Positions 33,750 through 41,896 of a DNA stretch of 64,000 bases are shown one piece after another. The DNA lies in IMG/VR virus record IMGVR_UViG_3300045135_002615, positions 1-64,000 of that record; one strand, 5' to 3'. Numbering within the stretch: the first letter of the stretch is position 1; every line of letters starts with the position of its first letter. The position numbers and the translations under genes are program-made. A model generated the notes under the pieces. It saw only the letters and a list, made by a program, of their open reading frames with translations, was not told the DNA's origin and ran no database searches.

Positions 33750-34688
33750 TTACCCTCTTGAGTTGGGTGCGAACATTTGGAACAACTGACTCTTAGCTTC
33801 AAAGTCTTGTTCATAGTGACGATACACCTCGAAGGTCATATCAAAATCAATGTTCCCGTTTTGGTTGTCCTCACCAATAGTGAAGTTCAGACCCTTAATC
33901 CTACCTTGCCACCTTTGACCATCATAATAGATGCTATGTGTTCCAACGTCATGGTACGCCCTTGATCTACCTAGTGTATCTGCAAGAGCAGCCCCATTAC
34001 GATATGAAGCGAGGATGTTCATTAGCTGTCTCCACCCAGCAGAGTCTCTCCTTGAGGCAAACTGAAGCCCTGAGATACCACTGAGGTTGCCATGTATGTC
34101 AGGTACCTCTCGGTTAGCTCTCCCGGATATGAATGAACCGATAGTGCAGTTGATGGATATCTCTGTCAGCTCCTCTCCCCAACGATAAAAGACAAAGCCG
34201 TACCTACTCGTGTCTGTATAGCTTTGTTTTGACCCATAAGTGAAACCCATCTCTTTAGGGTTGATGAGAAAAACGATAGGAGGTGTAGCACTCAATACTC
34301 TATGCTGATAAGCCATACTCACCAACTGATCCCTATCCACCATACCCGCTTCTTCTCTTCTCTGTTGACCTTCTACCCTTGTACCTCTAATCGGCTCCTT
34401 AGCGTAGGTGCTAATCTTTGGGCTAAATTTGAGCGTTTGATAGTCAATGGTATTAGCCATATTAGGTGAGCTTGGTAAACGGCTTCTAAAGGGTCTTGCG
34501 GTGGTTGATTTGACGTAGTTGCCTATAGATGGAGGGTCTATGGCGAGGATAAAAGGAGACATGGACCTCAAGTGCTGTTGGTTGGTGGGGTCGAGAGGTA
34601 TTGTTCCTGGGTTGGGGTCAGGGAAGAGGAAGAACTCTTCCGTAGTGGGTAGCCTTAAAAATGGTTTGGTGTCTATTGTGCCTCTCAT
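33750..34688 (-). CDS. tail-tube-initiator/baseplate protein (tube-fold-like)
   Basis: FLINP.E...YRWGEEL..I...; wide similarity with the adjacent 34691 ORF; position. Confidence 0.6.
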   Translation of the reverse strand: MRGTIDTKPFLRLPTTEEFFLFPDPNPGTIPLDPTNQQHLRSMSPFILAIDPPSIGNYVKSTTARPFRSRLPSSPNMANTIDYQTLKFSPKISTYAKEPIRGTRVEGQQRREEAGMVDRDQLVSMAYQHRVLSATPPIVFLINPKEMGFTYGSKQSYTDTSRYGFVFYRWGEELTEISINCTIGSFISGRANREVPDIHGNLSGISGLQFASRRDSAGWRQLMNILASYRNGAALADTLGRSRAYHDVGTHSIYYDGQRWQGRIKGLNFTIGEDNQNGNIDFDMTFEVYRHYEQDFEAKSQLFQMFAPNSRG

Positions 34689-34690
34689 GT

Positions 34691-35299
34691 TTAACCCCTG
34701 TATATGTCTTGAGTGCGTACCCCATGGTATTCCCTCTCAACTTGCATAGCGAGACTCACTTTGAACTGATACGGGTTCTCCGCACTATCTGTGACTGAGA
34801 AGGATTGGAACCAACCAAACCATGTCCCACCATCAAAGGTCATTTTGATCTTGCCTTGTAGGATCACTTGACCGATGTCGTCATAGATTGACCCGTTACA
34901 ATGGAAGAGGGCGAGGAGGTCTAGATACTTATCATAGGTGATTGTATCTCTACGAGTGCCACCGATAGTGGAGCCATACGTCTCACCGTTGATCGTGGAG
35001 GGACCTGTCGTAGCGGTAAGTCCTGTAAAGGGTCTTATGAACGCACCTGAGCTTGCTTCAAAGGAGATCGTAGAGGGATTATCTCCCCAATAGTATTCAA
35101 TCCACCCATTCAGGGTATTTGTGATGTTGCGTTGCTTCTCATACTTGTACTCCACCTGATTAGGATTAGCGTGGAGTACCATTTTGAGGTTATCAGGCAA
35201 CATGGAGGTTACTCCATCGGGAGCCATGATGTCGAAAACAAAGGGTCGTATTCCGAGTCGGGCGTCTTCTATGTTTTCAGAGATGTGTGACTTGATCAT
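34691..35299 (-). CDS. tail-tube-initiator/baseplate protein
   Basis: LHANP..V.Y.Y...YYWGDNP..ISF; directly downstream of TMP. Confidence 0.6.
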   Translation of the reverse strand: MIKSHISENIEDARLGIRPFVFDIMAPDGVTSMLPDNLKMVLHANPNQVEYKYEKQRNITNTLNGWIEYYWGDNPSTISFEASSGAFIRPFTGLTATTGPSTINGETYGSTIGGTRRDTITYDKYLDLLALFHCNGSIYDDIGQVILQGKIKMTFDGGTWFGWFQSFSVTDSAENPYQFKVSLAMQVEREYHGVRTQDIYRG

Positions 35300-38200
35300 C
35301 TGCTACCTCCTCTAGTGGACTTAACCCAGTTTTCAAGTTGGCGGACAACTTCTTTAGCTTGTTGCTCACCACCACCATTGATATGGAAGGTGGCATTAAA
35401 GGTAGTCCCTCCTCCACCGCCTCCCATCACGCGATCTACAGCCCCACCTGGCTTTGAAGCGAGGACATCATCTTTGCTGTCGAGCTTATAGGCACGACCT
35501 TTAGAGATATAGAGGTCACTCACGGGCATTGGGCTTGAGATGCCCGCTGCTTCTAGGAACTCACGACTAAACCCTAAAGGAGGGCTCTCCGCTCTCCTGG
35601 CAACAATCAAATCCCTCAGTGTCTCATTGTCAAAGCCCTTGATTTTCTCATTGAAGCCGAGTTCATCTGCAATCGCTAATAGCTTAGTTCTTTGTTCTTC
35701 TTTGACCATCGCTTTGGCGATGTTCTCAGCTTGTTTTTCATCTCGCTTTTTAGTGGATGGACTCTTGTTGACAGCGTCTTGCTTCTTGACCTCGGTTTTT
35801 GTTTCCTCAGACTCACTTGAGGGTGTTAATAGCCCTATCATCTCCTCAAATGCCTGTTCAAGTAGACCTTGATCGTCCTTTGCCGCTAGTTCTGAGTACC
35901 TTGATCTTAGCTCTTTTGAAGGACCTTCCTCGGTTCCTTCTGCTAACCTTAATTCTTTGGAGACTCTAACGAACTCATCTTGCTTGGCACCTAACATACC
36001 AGGGAAAACTTTCCCCACTGCACGACCACCTGCTTCTCTACGGAGTTGCTCTGCTGTATAGTCGTCATCCCCGAATTGTATGCCTTCAGCATCGTTGAAG
36101 ATGCCCCGATTGAGTTCCCTCAACTGACCTTTCCTTAGTTCAGTCCTCTTACGGTTGAAGGTCAGTTGCTCTTTTATCTTTTTAGCCTCTTCCTCCAAGT
36201 AAGTCTTTTGGCTACCCTTTGCTGTGGATATCTTTATTTTGTTTGTTGCTAGTTTGTCTTCTAGTGCTCTCCTAGCACTGAGGTCTGATTGTATCTCATC
36301 CTCGATCTCCTTCTTGACAATCTCTTTTTGTTTTTTAGTCTCCTCTGATTCGGACTGCCCTGTGAAGTATCCGAGCAAGTCCATAATGCTAGATGAAATG
36401 GTTTGCAAGTAACCACCCAAGTGGTTATTGATCTGATCAGCAATCGTCATCGTAGCCGTGACGTTTTGCTGAAGGAGATCCGTCTGAGTGGGCTGCTCCT
36501 CCCCTGATTTAGCAAGGGTTTCACCTTGTGCCAAAATGAAGTCCGTTAGGTTCTCAACCGCCACACCCGTCTTAGACATCTGAAGTTTACCCTCCACAGA
36601 CTCAAGTCCCATTTTCTCAAGCTGCTCTCCGGTAAGTTTCCCACTCTTAGCAAGTTCAAACTGACCCTTCATTTGATCTTGCACCTTGGCGTAACCCTCA
36701 ATCTGCTCTTTGCTGAGATCGGTGAACTGCATCATAGCTTTTTTCTGTATGTCCGAGAGCTCCGAGACATCCCGACCCTTTAGGAAGGTCTCCGCACGGG
36801 CATATTGCATGGCAAGACTACCACTTGTGCCCATCTGATCCATCGCCCTCGAACGATCTGTCCTCGATGCTCCTTCCGCAGCCCCTCTCGCTATGTCAAT
36901 CACCTTAGCAAGCTCTCGTCCAAGACCTGCCGTATCATCACTCATACTGAGCTTACCTAAGACGGCTTGCCTATCTTCGGCCGAGAGTGCTTGCAAAGAT
37001 TTGATCATATTGTCTCTACTGGAGGTGTCAATCTTAGCCTGCCCCAACATGTCGAAACCCGCACTACCCTCGAACGTATCAAGGAATGCTTGAGACGACC
37101 TCTTAGCTTCAGTCTGAATAATCTTGCGTGTGCTCTTGCTATTGGTGAGCATCTGCCTCTTAATCTGATCTAGATAGTCCTCTCCTTTAAGGCCACTAGC
37201 TAATGAAGACAAGAAGCCTGAGACACCTTGAGGTCCGACCACACGACCCAATCGGATGAATAGAGCACCCGCTTCTTTAGTGCGGAGGTTCATATTGTCG
37301 AGCTGACCTACGAGGTCGGTTATTTGCTTGTAAAAATTGGCTGTTGAGTAGGTTGACTGTACAGCCATGTCTCTGATGTCACCCATGTAGTCTGCCATAG
37401 ATCTGAAGGCAGCACCATTACTTGCGGAGACACCGATCTGATACGCAAAACGCTCAGCCGCCGTCACAGCCTCATTCATGTCAATACCGAGGGCAAGTGA
37501 CATCTCTTTGAGAGCGAACATGCCATCTTTCATGTTTTGAATGCCCTGCTCCCCACCACCAAGAGCTTTAAAGCCTAGATTGGCATTGTTGAGCGTTCCA
37601 ACTAGAGCCATCACATCATCATTGAGCATCCCAAGTGAGTTACTGAATGAACCATCTGTAAACGTAAGTCTAACCTTCTCTAAGTTCTTTTGAGCATCAC
37701 CTGCACGAACGGCGAGTAGATCAGTGAAAGAGGTGCTCTCAAGGATCTTCTTATTCATATCCTTAACGGCACCCTCAGCCATTGTGAACAGCTTAACAAC
37801 GAGGGCGAGTCCTGCACCTACAGCCAGCACCGTCTTGGCGAGTCCTGCAAACGTACCCGCCAACTTCATTAACCCTAGACCCTCTTCTTTGGAGCCTGCT
37901 TCCTCAGACTTTTTGGCGTACTCTATAGACTTGGCGTTTAAGCCCTCAGAGATTTTACTAGCAATATTGGTAGGTATCTCAGAGAGGTCTGCCACCCCTT
38001 GTTTGAGGGTGTCGATTCCTGTCTCTAGTCTTTTTAAGAAATTCCTCTCAATGGCTTCACCGAGTTCACCGATCTCTTTAGCTCGATCTTTTCTGTTTCT
38101 CTCAAGACCTTCATAAGCCTCCTTTGCACCTTCGATTGACTTGTTGAAGTTATCAATGTCTTGAACAAACTTTTTGGCTGATGTCGCTTGTGCATCTAGG

Positions 38201-38526
38201 GTGGTTTTGATGTTCTGTGCGGCTCTCTGAGCAGCCCCGACAAGAGCATCATTACCTTCGGACTGACCTTTGATGATCTGTTCTTGAGTGAACATGACGC
38301 TCTTGTAAGATTGCTTCATCTGTTCGGATAGCTGGTCAATTGTATTCTTTAGCTCTCTACGTTGGAAGCGATTAGCCGTAGTCATCTTAGATTGAGCTAC
38401 TTGAATCTGTTTACCTATCTCATTGATACTGGTAACAGAACCCTGTAGTACCTGTGAGGTGACTTGTTTTTTGAGGTCTTGGAGAGCCTTCTCCATCGCG
38501 GTGATGTCTTTACTGCCTCCAATCAT
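35296..38526 (-). CDS. tape measure protein
   Basis: 1076 aa, helical A/K/E/Q-rich, GGGGGG-TTFNATFHING C-terminus, after tube and chaperones. Confidence 0.8.
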   Translation of the reverse strand: MIGGSKDITAMEKALQDLKKQVTSQVLQGSVTSINEIGKQIQVAQSKMTTANRFQRRELKNTIDQLSEQMKQSYKSVMFTQEQIIKGQSEGNDALVGAAQRAAQNIKTTLDAQATSAKKFVQDIDNFNKSIEGAKEAYEGLERNRKDRAKEIGELGEAIERNFLKRLETGIDTLKQGVADLSEIPTNIASKISEGLNAKSIEYAKKSEEAGSKEEGLGLMKLAGTFAGLAKTVLAVGAGLALVVKLFTMAEGAVKDMNKKILESTSFTDLLAVRAGDAQKNLEKVRLTFTDGSFSNSLGMLNDDVMALVGTLNNANLGFKALGGGEQGIQNMKDGMFALKEMSLALGIDMNEAVTAAERFAYQIGVSASNGAAFRSMADYMGDIRDMAVQSTYSTANFYKQITDLVGQLDNMNLRTKEAGALFIRLGRVVGPQGVSGFLSSLASGLKGEDYLDQIKRQMLTNSKSTRKIIQTEAKRSSQAFLDTFEGSAGFDMLGQAKIDTSSRDNMIKSLQALSAEDRQAVLGKLSMSDDTAGLGRELAKVIDIARGAAEGASRTDRSRAMDQMGTSGSLAMQYARAETFLKGRDVSELSDIQKKAMMQFTDLSKEQIEGYAKVQDQMKGQFELAKSGKLTGEQLEKMGLESVEGKLQMSKTGVAVENLTDFILAQGETLAKSGEEQPTQTDLLQQNVTATMTIADQINNHLGGYLQTISSSIMDLLGYFTGQSESEETKKQKEIVKKEIEDEIQSDLSARRALEDKLATNKIKISTAKGSQKTYLEEEAKKIKEQLTFNRKRTELRKGQLRELNRGIFNDAEGIQFGDDDYTAEQLRREAGGRAVGKVFPGMLGAKQDEFVRVSKELRLAEGTEEGPSKELRSRYSELAAKDDQGLLEQAFEEMIGLLTPSSESEETKTEVKKQDAVNKSPSTKKRDEKQAENIAKAMVKEEQRTKLLAIADELGFNEKIKGFDNETLRDLIVARRAESPPLGFSREFLEAAGISSPMPVSDLYISKGRAYKLDSKDDVLASKPGGAVDRVMGGGGGGTTFNATFHINGGGEQQAKEVVRQLENWVKSTRGGSR

Positions 38527-38527
38527 A

Positions 38528-39607
38528 TCAACCTCCTATGGTTGGCTTTCTCTTGGCTACTTGATCCATCAAAGAAGGTGCAGTCCCACTCGTCACCTCA
38601 CGGGCGGCGAGATATTTACTCTTTAAGAAGTCATCGTACTCATGACCCTCATCTATGACGATGGTCTTCTTGCCTTGAAGAAGTTGACCAAGCTCTTCAT
38701 CTGTATACGCCTTCATTGGTGAGAGCATAGATAAACTATTTAGGTCTTCCTCCATCTCCTGCGTCTGACGTTGATTGCGTGAGACCATAGAGCGACCATT
38801 GTTAATGAACTTCTGAAGGTTCTCTTTATATTCACGCACCACGCGGTCGTGGTGGTCTTCCTCACCATCTACCCAACTCTTGTACTCTTTTTGGAGGTCT
38901 TCAATCGTCTTGCCTTTGATAGCTCTCTCATGTGATTCTTCCTCATTAGTCTCACCCCTACGAGCACGCTCAATGGTCTCTTGCCTATACTTACTCTCCT
39001 TCTCTTTCCTGCTGTCCCACTTCTTCTGGACTTGATCTACACCCTTTGGGTTCATTGAGGACGCTTGGAAGAACGTGCGACTCCATGCATCGTCAAGTTC
39101 TTCTTTCCTGTCTTCAGTCTGATTGTAGATCACCCAACTCAGTTGAATCTCATTCAACACACCCCTGAGACCATCTATGGGAGCATTGACACGCAAGGAG
39201 TGCTTCCACCTTGACCATAGGCTTCTAGAGAGGTCAGTGTAACAGAACGCCTCAAAGTATTTGTATTGCTCTTGGCTGTTCTTGATCGCTTTCCAAAAGA
39301 ACGGAGCAAGTCTAGGTGTTATCCTTGGAGTGTTCTTAAAGAACTGTAGGAGATCATATTCATGTCCATCAACATGAAACCCTCCAACTGAGTGGAGGGA
39401 GAGAGCCAAGATATATGCCTCTTGTTCTCTCTCACCACCACCATAAGAGATACATCGCTCATAGTCTGTGGGGTTAGGTGCTCTAAAAGACAACACCCTC
39501 CCTTTGACTTTGAGTGAGAGTATCACCCCACCTGTGCGGATGAAGTTATATAGGTACTCACTGAACTGATTGTTCATCTGCGTTTGTAGCTTTCGAGAGT
39601 TCATCAA
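38528..39607 (-). CDS. tail assembly chaperone-like protein 2 (start uncertain)
   Basis: between chaperone 1 and TMP; overlaps the end of the 39558 ORF; no strong RBS. Confidence 0.6.
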   Translation of the reverse strand: MMNSRKLQTQMNNQFSEYLYNFIRTGGVILSLKVKGRVLSFRAPNPTDYERCISYGGGEREQEAYILALSLHSVGGFHVDGHEYDLLQFFKNTPRITPRLAPFFWKAIKNSQEQYKYFEAFCYTDLSRSLWSRWKHSLRVNAPIDGLRGVLNEIQLSWVIYNQTEDRKEELDDAWSRTFFQASSMNPKGVDQVQKKWDSRKEKESKYRQETIERARRGETNEEESHERAIKGKTIEDLQKEYKSWVDGEEDHHDRVVREYKENLQKFINNGRSMVSRNQRQTQEMEEDLNSLSMLSPMKAYTDEELGQLLQGKKTIVIDEGHEYDDFLKSKYLAAREVTSGTAPSLMDQVAKRKPTIGG

Positions 39608-40115
39608 GACCTGAAGGTCTCTTTAAGGCTTCAACGCGACCTTCAAGGTTCTCGATCTCTGCCTCTGTGCTCTCTACGTTGAGCTTCAAACTTTCATCCA
39701 TGTTCTTTTCGATCTCCTCTGTGAGCACAATGTAGTGTTCATAGAGCTTTGAGATCACAGGACGTGACCAATCATCAATCAGTTGAGACACCGCCTCGAT
39801 ACGGCTCATCTTAATGTGTTTACCGTTAGCGAGGGTCTCACTTGTCTCTACATGTTCTTGGTCACGAAGATCAACACCATTGATAGCCACGATAGCTCTT
39901 GCGAGTGTCTCCTTACGGAACACATCTGCAAACTCTAAAGCGGCAGCGGGACTACCTGTCACATCTGGGAGGAGCTTTTGGACTTCTGTCTCTTCAAGAG
40001 GGGTGAGGGACTTGAGTGTGACTTGCACACCACCGAGTTCTACGGTCTTCTCAAGTTTACACAGACCCTCAAGAGGAGACATAAGCTCCTTGAGTTGGGC
40101 GAAGTTGATTGTCAT
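39558..40115 (-). CDS. tail assembly chaperone
   Basis: V.LKSLT..EE..V..., LARAIVAING; directly after tube gene. Confidence 0.65.
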   Translation of the reverse strand: MTINFAQLKELMSPLEGLCKLEKTVELGGVQVTLKSLTPLEETEVQKLLPDVTGSPAAALEFADVFRKETLARAIVAINGVDLRDQEHVETSETLANGKHIKMSRIEAVSQLIDDWSRPVISKLYEHYIVLTEEIEKNMDESLKLNVESTEAEIENLEGRVEALKRPSGLDELSKATNADEQSVQ

Positions 40116-40166
40116 GTTAATCCTGTCCGTTTAGTTGAAGGGTACGGCTACCCTTTTATACCGAGC

Positions 40167-41027
40167 TTAGTCGAGTTGGACGACACCTGAGTCAGCTTCT
40201 GGGTCAGCTTCTGGGTCAGCTTCACCCGCCACCGTAACACCAAAACTCCTACTAGCAGAAACACTATCAAGAAGTGGGTCCGCACCATAGTTGCTATAGA
40301 GGATAGAAGCACCTTGACCAATCGTTGGGTCATTACCTGTAGCCATGAACTCACCATAGGTTGAGTAGAGATCATGTACGTCTGTAACCTTAGCTTGGAT
40401 GCTTTGAGAGATGATCCCGCCATCGGCACTAAAGTCACCAAAGGGCATGTCAGTGATCCAACAGCCCTCATAGTAAGTGATGAGTGCTTTGTGCTTCGCT
40501 TTTGAGTTCCCCTGTTCATCTACATACTGATCACTACCTGTAGCATTCTGACCTGAGAAGTCTACATCCTTAAGACCAAGTGCGGTAGAGCCATTAGACT
40601 CTACATCTGCTAGGGTTGAGAACACCATCTGTTGTTCAACATCGAAAGGCCACCTGTGTTGCTGAAGGGTACGAACAGGTCCGTCAATACCACCAGCATA
40701 ACCGAACGCTTGATGTCCATTAGAGAGATAGAGCAAAGCACGCTCAGCCGTGAACGAGTGCTCGCCTGTCACACTAGGTACGAGCTCCGCGATCTGATCA
40801 CCGAAGCCGATACCTCTAATCGCAGTGGCATCGCGAGCTGATGAACCAGGTGCAAAGCTACTCACCACACCAATCTGATAAAGGAGACCCTCTTCCCCAC
40901 CGTATGCGGGTGTTAGGATACGCACCTTTTGAGAGACAACAGCTCTTGTGTTAGGTGAGCTATTGTGCTTGTAAAGGGAGCTAGTCCCCTGTACCCCATT
41001 TTGGGGGTTTAGATCATTGTTCGCCAT
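40167..41027 (-). CDS. tail tube protein
   Basis: AAGGAGG RBS before ATG 41027; IGVVSSF...AIRGIGFGDQIAELVP, TYYEGCW beta-rich tube pattern; heads the chaperone-TMP block. Confidence 0.72.
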   Translation of the reverse strand: MANNDLNPQNGVQGTSSLYKHNSSPNTRAVVSQKVRILTPAYGGEEGLLYQIGVVSSFAPGSSARDATAIRGIGFGDQIAELVPSVTGEHSFTAERALLYLSNGHQAFGYAGGIDGPVRTLQQHRWPFDVEQQMVFSTLADVESNGSTALGLKDVDFSGQNATGSDQYVDEQGNSKAKHKALITYYEGCWITDMPFGDFSADGGIISQSIQAKVTDVHDLYSTYGEFMATGNDPTIGQGASILYSNYGADPLLDSVSASRSFGVTVAGEADPEADPEADSGVVQLD

Positions 41028-41100
41028 GTTGTCCTCCTTAGAGAGCCAATAGTCCATTTATGAGCAACTGATAAAGAAACTATTAACGAGGACTTAGACG

Positions 41101-41838
41101 ATGGCATTCACCACACTTGAGAAGTCATACGGGGGCTATTCCACCCACTCCGTGAGGAACGCTGAACCCAATAAAGACAGGAATGTCCCGAAGTATGTCA
41201 CAGACAAGGCTGATCACTTCGTGGATGACAAGGGCTATGATGAGAGCAAAGCATGGGCGGTAGCTTGGTCTATATACTGCAAGTACAAAGAGCCAGGTTC
41301 AAAGCATTGCAAAAAGGAGAAGGGCGAGTACTTCAAGAATAGGAAAGCCTATCCCAACAAGAAAGAATATGAGAGAGCCAAGAGACAAGCAAAGTACATT
41401 AGTGGAATCATGCACAAGAAGATTTCAAGGTTGTTGATCGCCGTCTACTCTATGCTTGAAGATTACCCTGAGCGTATTCAAGACATTGTGATGTGGAAGT
41501 GGACTAGAGGGGTGTACCCTCAATCCTTCAACACAAAATCTATGATCCCTAAGTATGTGGGTCAAGTATCTCACCTTATGAATGAGGAGATGAGACCTTC
41601 AGGTGTCACTAAAGAAGAGAACCACAAGGCAAATAAGATACTATGGGAGATATTTAAGTTCATCAATGACAAGTGGTCAGATCATCTCTACGCTTCATTG
41701 TCAGATAAGTTTGAAGGTTTCCTCTGCTTCCAAATACGCATGGAGATTTTAGCCCCTGCGAACAGGATCATGTTTGCGATACCTTACTCTAGGATACTCT
41801 TAGAGCTCTTCCCTGACTCCCTCTTTCCACCTTCATAA
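41101..41838 (+). CDS. hypothetical protein, probable virion protein (weak ChaB-like KAWAVAWS segment)
   Basis: 245 aa, GAGG RBS; RKAY and RQAK motifs. Confidence 0.75.
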   Translation: MAFTTLEKSYGGYSTHSVRNAEPNKDRNVPKYVTDKADHFVDDKGYDESKAWAVAWSIYCKYKEPGSKHCKKEKGEYFKNRKAYPNKKEYERAKRQAKYISGIMHKKISRLLIAVYSMLEDYPERIQDIVMWKWTRGVYPQSFNTKSMIPKYVGQVSHLMNEEMRPSGVTKEENHKANKILWEIFKFINDKWSDHLYASLSDKFEGFLCFQIRMEILAPANRIMFAIPYSRILLELFPDSLFPPS

Positions 41839-41896
41839 GAGTTGGTCGAGTTCTTTACTCATTGTATAACTCCCTTACTAGCAATAAGGAGACACT

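Noticed and set aside
39540-39620. Lambda G/T-type programmed -1 frameshift between the tail chaperones
   Set aside because: The downstream ORF is in the +1 frame and I see no X-XXY-YYZ slippery heptamer in the overlap; an independent or coupled start is simpler
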